Shown here: in pieces, positions 50,588 to 62,794 of the stretch
How the letters are laid out: the number at the start of each line of letters is the position of its first letter
How positions within the stretch are numbered: position 1 is the stretch's first letter
Source of the DNA: Utricularia gibba
Taxonomy: Eukaryota > Plantae > Magnoliophyta
DNA length: 64,000 nt
Assembly (NCBI GenBank): GCA_002189035.1
Contig: CM007989.1
Coordinates: 4,278,001 to 4,342,000 of the forward strand
Direction of reading: 5' to 3'
Notes under the pieces: generated by a model
Database searches by the model: none
What the model was told of the DNA's origin: nothing
Seen by the model: only the letters and a program-made list of their open reading frames with translations
Program-made: the position numbers and the translations under genes

Positions 50588-53322
50588 TCAGGCTCGAGGC
50601 ACTGATCTTGGCTTCCAAACTTGCCCCCCATGGCCTGATGGTGCCTGCTGAGACATAAATGCTGCCCCATTTGAACGTTCGTCGCTCCTAATTTGAGAAA
50701 TGGGCTGCCTTTTCAAGAAGGGAGGCTTCCTGTGCTGCCCAGTTGTCCCAACAGGTGTTCTTGCCAGATGCCGTGCTGTTGCGGCAACTGCTGGTTGGGG
50801 TATAACTGAGCGTGAAACTCGGGGCGCAAAAAGTGCAGGCAGGAGAGAAGCCTGAGTTGCGTTTGATGAGAAGAGTGCTGCTTGAGTTGCCCGGATTGCT
50901 TCCTGGACTTTCACCAGTTGATTGCTGGTAACCGCCTTGGCTGTATTGGCTGGCTGCTCAAATGGATCTTCTATCTAGTGTTGGTTAACAAGGAAAGCGG
51001 ATGAGTGATTCAACTTCAGCTTTGACATCAAAAGAAAGAGGAACTAAGGAAGCATGTAAACCTGGAATACATCCTTCAATCATGCTGCCTCACATACACA
51101 TGCAAATAAAAAGCAAAGAGATAGAGGAAGTGGGGATTACTAATAGTGCGTATGTTTTGGGTAGCCATGACATGTTGCTGCTGATGTCCTCCAACTCCCC
51201 ATCAAAAAGGCTGACGCCTTTGGTGGAAGCTTGGGAGAAGATGTGCGAGAGCTGCATGTAGAACAAGGCTATCTGTTGATAACATGTAAGAAGATTGAAA
51301 TAAACTTAGGGAATTCTCCCCCTTGGTTACTTACTAATCACAAGAACCTATTTATACAATGAAAGGCAAAAAGCAAAAAACAAATCTGCCACCCTAAATT
51401 TAGGCTACAAGAACAAGTAGTAACCCAGTACAAAGTTTGTCAACAAAAACAAAATATTTAATTCATTTGTCTTTTCCGGTAGTTGCTCAATTATTTCTTC
51501 AACATAACATATAGAAAAATTTAACTCCAGAATGACACGCAACAGTCGCACAAAGTACTGGAGAAAAACCTTTGGCAAAAAGGAGAGGAATAGTTCAGAT
51601 AAACTGTTTCTGTTCACCCTTCTAGGCTTATCCAACTTTATTCTCTTTATGTTTTCTGCGCAAACATCTTCAATGTGTTTTACAGCAACAGCCTTCACAC
51701 CTATAAGAATAACATACCACGGAAGATTGCGATTAACTGTAACAGGGTAAACACAATTTAATAAAAGAATATATGAAAAATCGCTATGTGATGAGCGACA
51801 CTCCATGCTTGAATCCTTCAATGCTTCAGATAAATATAGAGAAAAGTTCTATTGAGTACCTACGAGGGTCTCACACATGTTGAATGGAAATATATCCTTA
51901 AGAGGCGGAAGTATTGCAGGGACCAAAGTCTGAAAAAAGTATGCAAAACATACAAAGAAGACTTCAGTCTCCAAAGCGTTTGAAGAAGGAAATTGGTGTG
52001 ATACCCGAAATGTGTTATATCATCCTGAATTAAAGAGGTTCGGTTTAAAAACATAAACTATTACTTTTACATCCGCATTAAAGATATTCTAAACACCCCT
52101 GATCTTCCATATACTTGATCCTGTTCTCCTACCTCCTTTTAAATGAATATTTTCTCAGTTTTTTGTACTTCATCCTTGTCGGAACTGTTCTACACAAATT
52201 TCAATGAATCTATATGGAGATAGATGAAAAAAAAATCCTCAGACGAATAAAGAATAATGAATGACCCCACAAAAACATGCGATAAATTGATTTTAGGAGA
52301 GAAAAATGAATCAAATTTACCTGAAAATGGAAGATAACCAGAAGAGTAAGGGAGTACGAGTTGAAGCTTCCATTCTTCGGGTCATTTATTTTGTGAGCTT
52401 TAGCCCAATGTTTAACCTACGAAAAGAGGATCAAAGGATGAGTTTTTGTCATTTCATTTCAAAATTACTCGAACAAATTGTATAAACTTGCCAGTAAAAC
52501 GAGATCTCGAAAGCGTCCATCAATATCGTTGATCCAGTATAAAACAATAGACTTCATTTGACCAACCAAATTGTTTATTGATATGTCACAAGAAATGCTG
52601 TTGCACTGGAGCTTCAAAATGGGTACCCTAGCATTTAGAATTAACATAAACCTGTGAAATACTCCTGCCAGATGAAAATAGAAGAAAAAAAAAATATCAA
52701 AGCCAAAATCTAACAGATTCATATCCCTAATTGCCAACACCTTCATGTTGTAAAATCGGGAAAAAATAATAGAATCTGCGTGTAGTTTAAAGCAAAATCA
52801 GATTTCCATCTTATGCAAAAGAAAATATTGACTGCATGTACTCAGTAAGAAAATAAGAGAGACACGATCAAGATAACAGCTGAATAAGAACATTCTTGCC
52901 AACTGTTACCGTTAAGACAACCTTTTTTTCTCATAACCCTTTGTAGTTCTGCCAGCGAGCTTTGCTTGTGCTTTTTCCCTGGACACAAAATATATTCACC
53001 GTTTTTCAAATCGATGGATATATCCAAATCCCCGTCTTCTGAGAAAAGATTAGACACAAATGATCCAAATGGTTCCACCGTAGCACCTATTACAAAGTAA
53101 CTCTTCAATATGGATAAAACTATGAGCTCTGAACAGCATTTAATAAACACAAGAAGGATGCAACAAACCTCTCAAACTTTCCATAGACTCCACAACTGTA
53201 CGAATTTCCTGAATAACATGAAATCTCATGGCCCAATCATCTTTTGATGGATTGATGACACGAAGGACATCCTTTATGGTGATCTCTAAAAGCTGGTATC
53301 TATTACTCTCAGTGGTGGCCAT
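50588..53322 (-). CDS. HESO1: HEN1 suppressor 1, terminal uridylyltransferase (428 aa); exons 53169-53322, 52922-53086, 52492-52664, 52321-52416, 51860-51929, 51570-51700, 51141-51251, 50588-50974
   Basis: Phase-consistent splicing gives PFGSFVSNLFSEDGDLDIS, ARVPILK, SCDISINN, VKHWAKAHKINDPKNGSFNSYSL, WLPKTYALL|IEDPFEQPANTA and QVWKPR, all HESO1-family motifs. Confidence 0.92.
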
Positions 53323-54649
53323 AAAGCTGACTGGTAGTAGAAGCGACCACTACAAATAAGGAAGGAAACATTTGACAACACATTTTACTCAACCAAATCT
53401 ACTTAAAATCTAGCTCATCCAAAAGAAAGCTTTATCACACCAATATAACCCACACATTCCAGAGGACGGGCGGCCCATTAAACATGAACACTACTGATTG
53501 GATGCCAGCCACGTTTCTCCTACGGCACATTGCCTCAGATCGACACCCACACAAAATCCCAATTCAAAACGACCATCCAAATCCGTATAATGCACTCGGA
53601 AGAAAGCATAATCAATAAACAGAAATGCGCTACGAAATACAGACCTCAGAGCAATGGCCAGCAAGCCTTTCTGAAAGTTGACACAGAATGAATACGTGCA
53701 CGCCCCTCACTGTACCATCGCTTGTTTACGGAACCAACGGAGGAAGTATTGCTCACTTCAAAGTCCTCCGCCACACGTTTGAGGGACTAGGCGGCCTCCG
53801 GCTGGGGAAGAACGAAGCTCCGTCACTCGCATGAAGAGGAAGAGTGCCTAATACGCTCCATTTAACATTTTACGAACGTTGAATTAGGTCATGTTCTATT
53901 TCCCTGTCCCCCCCTTTTTTAAATGATTCGCATCGGAATGCACCAAAATGCCGTGCCGGCATCTTCCATTGGGTGATATTTCTTTTCAAAACTATTCGTT
54001 TTTCATAATATGTAATATTGTCATAATTTTAAGGTATATTTAAAGTTTTTAATGCAATTTTATCCTATTCTAAATTGAATGGAAAGTGGAGTATAAGAAT
54101 TTTGTAATCTATGTTCACTTACTAGCTTTCAATTTTGAACATGTGTTATACGTGTGTGTGATGGATGAATCAATCTTATATTTTCGTGGTTAATAAAATA
54201 TATTCTTGGTGCTTATGTGATGAGTTAGAGCATGTATTGCAAAATGAGTTGACTTAGGATCTTTACATTAATCTAATGCCTCAGCACATACGGGCCAATT
54301 AATGATCACAATATCCATGAGAGAATGGATAATCCGGTATGTGCATTCATGAACATGTTCCTAATCCTGTCTCCTATGAGGATTGAACACCTGAAACATG
54401 GAAAGAGTATCTATAACAATTTAGCGTCTAAGCATGAAGGTCGCGGATTGTCACCAATGGGTGAAGTATGAGAGTTTTTGTAATCATCTTTGTGTTCACG
54501 CAAGAAAAAAAAGGGAAAATGGTGGCTACAAATCAGTAACATGAAAGTGCTCATGAATCTCATTTCATCCAGCAAGTTGAATCACACAGCGGCAAGTAGA
54601 GTTAAATGAAAAGCTACTCACTTTGGCTTCCAAGGCAGAATTCCAGTGG

Positions 54650-54856
54650 TCACTTGTTGTCAGATTCATCTTCGTTGTTGCCATATTTGCGCTTGAACTT
54701 GGCTATCGCCCCAACGCTCTCAGCCATCTGCCTCTTAGCCCGGAAATGGTAGACTTTGCCAACAGGATGAATCTTGGTCATCATCATGTTCATCAGACGC
54801 CCGCTTTGGGTCACGTATGATATCCATTGCAGTTGGGGATGAATCCCTTTCTTCAT
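54650..54856 (-). CDS. RPL31: Organellar (mitochondrial-type) 50S ribosomal protein L31, 68 aa; probable non-coding first exon ~55260-55330
   Basis: MKKGIHPQLQWISYVTQSGRL...RAKRQMAESVGAIAKFKRKY matches the bL31 signature (MKKGIHP...G.IAKF.R.Y). An acceptor TTCTAG lies just upstream of the ATG. Confidence 0.88.
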   Translation of the reverse strand: MKKGIHPQLQWISYVTQSGRLMNMMMTKIHPVGKVYHFRAKRQMAESVGAIAKFKRKYGNNEDESDNK

Positions 54857-55355
54857 GCTTCAGACAACAAGAGTCCTAGAAGAGAAATTGTGGTGAGTGC
54901 TCTACACTTACATCTATGCAAAAGGACTTTCAATTAGCACACAAATTTAAACTAGCATTTCATCGAACACATTGTAGTCATCAACGTTTGATGCACAGGA
55001 AACCAAACAAAAAGACTGCACCTTACAAGACACAGTCTACCGATCCATACCCAAAAAAACAGCGTAAACAGATCAAAAGTAGGATTCAACAGCGGACTCA
55101 GATCAATGCAAACCACGTTGCCCAGGAAAGCTCAACTTTCAAGAACAAATAGTAGGATCGCATGTTCCACAACGTACCCATTAATCATGAAATCACAACC
55201 AATAGTTCCTTTCAAACGTTCAAAGACATAAGCTGCAAAAAAAAAAAAAAAAAAAGCTCACCTCAGTAAGACTCCTTGAAACCAGACGAATGAACATAGC
55301 ACAAGAAAGGGGGAGCTGCCAGGTTTTGTTAAGGGAGAAATGGCCTGGGATAAAC

Positions 55356-55434
55356 GGCCCAGATTAATATGTCCATCATCTATTCATCTTCTAATTAAAG
55401 GTCGACAGGGGCCGACACTGGGCCTTGAGGCCCA
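55356..55434. promoter_or_regulatory. Site II (TGGGCY/GGCCCA) motifs upstream of RPL31
   Basis: GGCCCA at 55356 and 55429 and TGGGCC at 55419. Site II elements are typical of plant ribosomal-protein and mitochondrial gene promoters. Confidence 0.6.
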
Positions 55435-58205
55435 TAAAGCTCACAATGTTTTTAAAACATTAAATAGGGCTGAAAAAAAATCGATACGCGATCTAAGTTA
55501 TCTGATACATGAGGATTGGATTCTCGTTTTATTTTAATGTTTTGAAATTGTCTAATGCCAAACATAATGATTTATGCACTTTGGATGAGTCCTTAAATTT
55601 ATCATATGAAATAATGATTATGTAAACGATGATGATGAGTAATAGCTAAAGTAACAAATTATTTCAAGCAACGCTCGTACAAATGTTCTATTAATATTCA
55701 GACACCAAAATATGTAAAAATGCAGACAAAAAACAACTAATTATATATCTTAAGTCATTTTCTATAACATAACCTAGATAATAAAAGATAAAATCACAAC
55801 TTTATAAATTGAAACTAAAGATATATTAATATTCATATTTGAAAACAAAACTAATAATACTGAGTATTCAAAAAATATAAAAAAATAAAAATTAACAATT
55901 TTTTTCATTAACTATTATTTCCGACTTGTAATAATAACGGTGAAAGTAGGTTTAGCCATAAAAAAAATTTCAGATGAATAGCTTCTTCTAAAATCGTCCC
56001 CTATTTTTTTTCTGGTTGAAGTTGCTTCTAGCATAAACCTAGAGACTAGCCTAAACCTAGAGACTAATGGCAAGTAGAATGATCTCTCATGTCAATTCCA
56101 TGTTTAATGTGCTCCATGGACTTTTTGTATGCAACTTAGGTTTGATTTGTTGTACAACACTACTATTAGGGTGTGTTTGGTATGTGGGTTTGCGTAGATT
56201 TTCAGATGAGCTTGATAGCCAAACGTAGGTTACAGACGATTAAACATAAACCTACATACTGATCATATACTGATCAAATTTGTAGCAAATCTATAGAATA
56301 CAACTTCATTTTTGCAACCATTTGTTCACAAAGTGTCGTGAGTAAACTGTGTCGCGGTGCTAGCAGTTAAATAAAGGTTATGTTTACAGCATTTGTGGAA
56401 TGTGGTGCACAAGGAATTCACGAAGGAGCATCTTTTCCATTATTTACAGAGTTCCTCAAGAAAGTGTAACACTTCTATGAAAGAGGGAGCAAAATCGAAG
56501 AGAAGAATGCAGTGGATTGAAACTTAAATTTGAGAAAATAGTAAAAAACAAATTATGTATAATATTTTTATTTTAGATGAGATGTATATTTAATATTTTG
56601 TATATAAAATTATCAAATACTTAATTTTTATCTCTTATATCAAACATGTTTTTATCTATAACTCAGATAAATTATATCCATTCATTAAATAAGAATTATT
56701 TTTTAAATTAAAAAAATGTATTTATCTAAATTCAAATAAACTAAATTTAGTTTAACACAGTACATAGCAACCGAATGTGTCCTTAATATAAATATTAGAA
56801 AACATAAGTTGTACTAAATTATTGATTTAATCTATTTTAATGCATAAAAACCCAAATAATAATGAATTACCAAAAAATTAAAAATCATATATAAAAACAC
56901 CTAAATTCACTATTAAACATATTTATTTTACAACCTAAAAACATAAACAAAATGCGTGTTATTACTATGCCTCCAGCATATATTATTGATGTAAGATGTT
57001 GAGATGGAGTTGAGGAGGGAGAGTAGAGTGGGGCAGCAAGAGAAGGGTTAGGTTGGATTGGATTAGATGGTGTGGGGCAACCAAAATGCAAAAGCGATCA
57101 TGGACGACAAGACTGCAATATTTGGATTATGATTTATTCATGATATGATGCTTTTTTATTAAAAAAATTCTATAAAAAATGAGCGATTCAATCTCAATTG
57201 ATTTCACGATTTATAGCAATAGATATGGTGCATATGTGTTTACAAGCATATTTTAAATTGTTATATTTTAATAAATACGCTTAGAATATATATATATATA
57301 AAAAAAAAAAAAAAAAAAAGAGGGAGCGGGGACTGGGACTGGGAGGGAGGGGAGTTTCACCCCCGACATGTAACTCTTTTCCGATGGCACATTAAAGGGG
57401 AAATCTACGTTGTAAGACGACAAAGGAGGCATGGCCATGGAAGTCATCCAGGACCACCCCTCGATTCTCTGCTTCGCAATTACCATGGGCCGCCCGCCCA
57501 TCCATTTTTCTCCTACCCAAATCTGACCTCGGACCGGGCGGAATCCTTTCCGACCGCCCGCCCGCCCGCCCGCCCGGCCTCTTCGCTTCTCTTTTTTTAA
57601 TCTCATAAAATAGGGATTGGGTCAAAATTAATATAAATAGAAAAAAAGGCAGGGGGACCAACTTCATTGTGTCATCATCATATGTTGTTGAATATCATTC
57701 CACCCACGAGTGCCAATTGCTTTTTTTTTTCTTTTTTTTTTAAAAAGAAAATATTTATTCCAAATAATTATAAAAATGTTTTTTTTTTCTCTTCTTAAAA
57801 GCATATCACCACCGCAGAAAGTAGAACTTGTACTTGCGCTAGTAACAGGGGTACATGTGGGGCCTACCCCCTAGTGTTTTTTTTATTATTTTTATTTTGA
57901 ATTTTCTTTTTTTAGTTTGGATATTGAAAAATAAATTTATTATTTAGTAAATGAAATAAATAGGGATTTGAGGGTTAGTTTATTTGAATAAATATTTTTT
58001 CATATTGTTATATGGGGGGTAATGAGAGAGGAAACGGCGTCGTTTTGGGATAACGATCTCAGGAGCAGCGGAGAGAATCAAATGTCAAATCAGTAGAAAG
58101 AGAGTTCCCTCTTCTTCTTCTTCCTCGTGCTGTTGTTCGCTAAAAAATGGAACTTCTTTTTCTGCTTATTTAATTCTCATTTTTCTTGTTCGGAGGGCTA
58201 ATTCA

Positions 58206-60065
58206 ATGGCGAGCGGGTCCTCTACGCCCCATGTCCTCATCTTCCCTCTGCCTCTCCAGGGTCCCGTCAACTCTATGCTCAAACTCGCGGAAATCTTCTG
58301 CCTTAACCAAATCAATATCACGTTCCTCAACACCGACTACATTCAAAATCGCCTCACTTCTTGCACTGCCCCAGAAAAGTACTCCAACTTCCGCTTCCGT
58401 ACGCTTCCCGACGGCTTGCCGGAGAACACCCCAAGAACTGTTGAGCAAATTGGGGCGGTCATAAACTCACTTGCAGCAACTGGGGTTCCGCTTTTACGCC
58501 AGATTTTGAGCTGCACTGATTCGGGTGAAGGGATAACTTGCCTGATAGTGGATGGTGCATTCGCATTCGTAGCGGATGTTGCTAGAGAAATGGGTGTTCC
58601 TTTGTTGTTTTTCGATACGGTGAGTCCCTGTGCGTTTTGGACATATATGTGTCTGCCTAAGCTCATTGAATCTGGAGAGATTCCTTTCAAAGGTATTTTC
58701 TTGTTGTTTTTTTCATTCTTCATGTTATATGAAAGTTCTGTGATTGACATGGTTAACGGCAGAAATTGCCCTCCGGCTAAAGGGTTTTCGGAAAAACCAC
58801 TTGTTGAAGGAACCAAACACTACACCCTGTTTTCATTGAATTTTTTGCGTATGTTTGATTAGTAGAAGAATAGTAAGTGAATAGGAGGAGCAATATTGCC
58901 ATTCTTTCTCGCAATGTCAATAGAAAGATGTCCCCCTAATCCCTATGTAAATAGTAAGTGAATAGGAGGAGCAATATGATTTCTCCAACATGTGTTTTGG
59001 TTGTTTCAGATGACAATTTGGATGAGGTTTTAACAAGCATCACCGGAACCGGAGGCATCATTCGTCGTCGTGATCTGCCCGGCCTCTGTCGAACCGAGGA
59101 CCTGAATGATCCAACACTCCAACTGTTGCTCAAGGAAGTGAAGAGCATTCCTCTGGCTCAAGGGCTTATTTTCAACACATTTGAACAGCTTGAAGCTCCC
59201 ATCTTATCTGAAATACTCAGCATCAGTCCCAACATCTATGCCGTAGGACCTCTGCACACTCTCCTGAAAGCCCAGTTATCATCTCAGACCACCTCCTCGA
59301 ATAGCTTGTGGGAAGAAGATGAGAGCTGCGTGACTTGGCTGGATGCACAGCCTCCAAAATCTGTGGTCTACGTTAGCATTGGAAGCCTGGCTGTGATGAC
59401 CAAGGACCAGATGCTGGAAATTTGGCATGGTTTGGTGAACAGTGGCTCTAGATTTCTTTGGGCTCAGAGGCTCGATTCGATCATCGGATTCGACTATAGC
59501 TACGAGGGTCTGCCTGAATTGTTGGATAGCACGAAAGAGAGAGGGTATATCGTGAACTGGGTTCCTCAAGAAGAGGTCTTGGCTCATCCCTCCATTGCTT
59601 GCTTTCTCACACACAGCGGATGGAACTCCACACTGGAGAGCATTGCTGAAGGGAAACCAATGATCTGCTGGCCTCATCACTTCGATCAACAGGTTTTCTT
59701 TTTCCTCAAGCTGCTCATGTATACATATTCATGATCAAATCCGGTTTAGAACTTTGATCTTGCACAACGCCCCTCAAGAGCAGGTAACCAGCAGGTTCGT
59801 CGAAAAGGCGTGGAGACTTGGGGTAGACATGAAAGACACCTGTGACAGAGCCGTGGTTGAGAAGATGATCAGGGAGATGATGGATCCAAGCAATGAAGCC
59901 TACACCAAACGAGCCGACGAGATCGCCAAATGGGCCAAAGCAAGCATTACCAACGGCGGTTCCTCCTCCAACGACATGGCCCGCCTTATTGACGACATCA
60001 AGCTAATGAAGCTGAATGCAAAAGCAGACAATGCTTCACCCTCCGGTATGCAAACTCAGGCCTGA
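58206..60065 (+). CDS. UDP-glycosyltransferase, UGT709/7-deoxyloganetic acid glucosyltransferase-like (483 aa if spliced); exons 58206-58692, 59010-59692, 59784-60065
   Basis: N-terminus PHVLIFPLPLQGPVNSMLKLAE and complete PSPG box WVPQEEVLAHPSIACFLTHSGWNSTLESIAEGKPMICWPHHFDQ. Intron phases are consistent. Confidence 0.88.
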
Positions 60066-60759
60066 GCGCCTCATGTGGGAATTTTTGACTCTGGAAGTGC
60101 ATCTTTTACCATCTCAGATTCATGGGAAGTTGTGGGGTTTGTGCGAGAAGGATCTTTTTGACTCCGTTTCATTCAATATACGCAAAGGCGGTCCCTTTGT
60201 GATAATGCTTTCCGATAACATGTTGGTTGGAGGGCGGAGAGTGGAGGTGGTCCGATGGTCAGCAGCCGTGGCGTGGGGGAATATCATCTCAAATGTGGTG
60301 CAGTGGTCCACTCGGTGTTGGAAAACTGCTTTTAACTTAGCCGTGAATTTGCAATTTTAATTATTTAATGGATGCTGATTGAAACACAGTGGACTAACTC
60401 TCTAACACCACATGATTTTGCTTTTTTCTAACAAAAAGGTGGTTGGGTAGTCCCCACCCTAGTTTTTTTTTTCTTTTTTATAATATTTTGTTAGAAGTGA
60501 TTTTTATAATACTCGAATAATTCTTTGAAGCAAGTATTTTAAAAATTTTCTTTCATAATAATAATAATTTTTATTTAAATATAATATATTATTAATTAAA
60601 CATCTCAACATACTATAGAAAATCAAGTTCAAAATGATAAACAAAAACATGTGAAAGCTTAAAGACAAACAATGAAAAAAAACCTAGGTTGAAGAAATGG
60701 TAATTAAATTCAAAAATAATCTAAAAAGAGATAAGTTTATCTAGTGAAGATGAAATAAC

Positions 60760-61506
60760 TTATTCTTATAAGACTTTTCATGAGCAAGAAAAAGATTTTT
60801 AGAAAGTTATGAAATCTCATGGTTCTTAGTGGATGCTCATAGATTTTGCCTCTTCCTCATTCATACAACCCCTTGGAAATAGTTGCATTGATGAAACTAC
60901 CTTAACACATCACAAACAGATGTCAAAATTGGAGGAATGACATAAAAATAAGTAGAAAATTCCCAACACAATAAGCTAGGGTTTGCAAAGTAAAATGATC
61001 TGATGGGCCAAACATAAGTTGCTCTAATACCAATTGTAGGAAAATTAAGCTAAAAATGATTGTGAAAAATCAGCTAAGAATAACTATTGAATGTCTTTTT
61101 GTTTAACAAACTAAAATAAAAATAAAATATATAACACTTTGAAAACATAATATAAGTATCAATTATAGAGAGTTATTTTTGAAGAGAAAAGTATAATTAA
61201 AAATTAAGTGTAAACTATCATGATTTTGTAAAAGATATTATTAATATAAATAATAAAAATAAACTTTAAATGATAGATATTAAATAAGAAAATTATTTTT
61301 GATTGGCATACTTTTCAATTATACTTCTTGTAAACCTCATGCCTCTTCAATTATTTCAGATGATTGATTATATTAACAAGAAATCACTTATGGTCTTTTA
61401 TATTCTATTATAAGAAGAGGCAAGAATTGCCTCACAATATTATCCTTTAGACAATCACGAAAACAAGATAAATTCTCATTGATTGACTTAAGATCAAATT
61501 ATGACA
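60760..61506 (-). mobile_element. Copia remnant: LTR-like ~61035-61506, PBS 61021-61032, decayed gag start
   Basis: Minus-strand TGGTATTAGAGC (tRNAiMet PBS) directly after ...TCCTACA AT; otherwise AT-rich and decayed. Confidence 0.45.
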
Positions 61507-62794
61507 TGTACATGAATGTTGTCAATAATCAAATAGTCCATATATGAGGTCTTATTTGTCTATTGATGTAGGGTAACACTTGCGAATAAATTACTATTTT
61601 TTTTTAATAAAGAAAGTTATAAATTAGTACTTTTCATCTTGCTCCCCTCCCCCTATCAAAAGTCAACCAGTAGTATACAATTAATTTACTGAATAAGAGA
61701 CGTTATAAAAATAATATAACATATATATGTGTAGATATATAAAATTTGAAATAAGTCTAAAGAGAAAGACAAAGATTATTTACAAAATATAAAAATATAA
61801 TATTTTTTCGTACATAAATCATAAGTTTAATTATAAGCTGTCATTACAATATTGGAAATGAAAAGTAAACAAAAAATCTTCTTAAAGACAAATAAGATGA
61901 ACATTAAAAGTAAAAAATGAAATTAACGTATAAAATAATTAAAAAATCACAATTATCAATGAAACTAATAACATGTGAAAATTTGAAGGAAAATAGGAAA
62001 AAAAAAACTAGTTTGAAAAAATGGTAATTAAACTAAAAAATAAGTTAACGGTAGATACTCAAATTCATTTACTTTTGGAGACTTTGTAAAACTGAATAAA
62101 CAAACTAGATCTCTTAATATTTGATTGTGAAAAATTTAGTATGAATCAAATATAAAATATACATGTATATTTATCACAAAACACAAAATCAAAAATCTTA
62201 AAGAAAGAATCAAGCCAGTAAACTAACTCTAATAGCCTTAGAAATAATTCATCATTGACCTAACATCTTTGAATTGATCCAAAGGAGACCCAACATCACC
62301 ATAGCCAACCTCAGCCAGCACATACCTATTCCAAGTGTTTTAAAGTAAATCATCACGACTTTTAGAGCATTTTATATTAGTATGAATAATTTAAAAAAAA
62401 AACAGAATGACTCATCTATCAACAATATTTTTAGAGCATGTTAGTAGTAGCGGCTGGAAATTCATCCATATCACTTGAAATTTCACTCGTCTGATCCATG
62501 CTACACAATACTTAGATACTTCCATCTTCTTTGGTATTTCGGTGATCGATTGTGGCATCCAGCACGCAGGTTGTGAGGTAAAATAGGGATAATCCTGAAG
62601 TCAAAGCGAAGCTCCACCTATACAAAACAGAAAAGAAAACAAAGTGGCACACACTCCTGAAGAATAGGGGAGAGAAAGTATCAGCCATGGAAGTCCCAAT
62701 CCCCCCCCTACCTAAGGGGCGGGAGAGCATCCAACACAAGCACAGAGACTATGAAATGTGGTCAGCCCCCACCTAAGCGTAATGTACATGTCTC

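Noticed and set aside
54623-54820. 65-aa plus-strand ORF
   Set aside because: Antisense shadow of RPL31.
56160-56700. Tourist/Harbinger-like MITE starting GGGTGTGTTTGG
   Set aside because: No convincing matching right TIR or TSD.
57320-57520. Possible miRNA precursor or DVL/CLE peptide gene
   Set aside because: No long fold-back and no match to conserved miRNA or peptide motifs that I could recognise.
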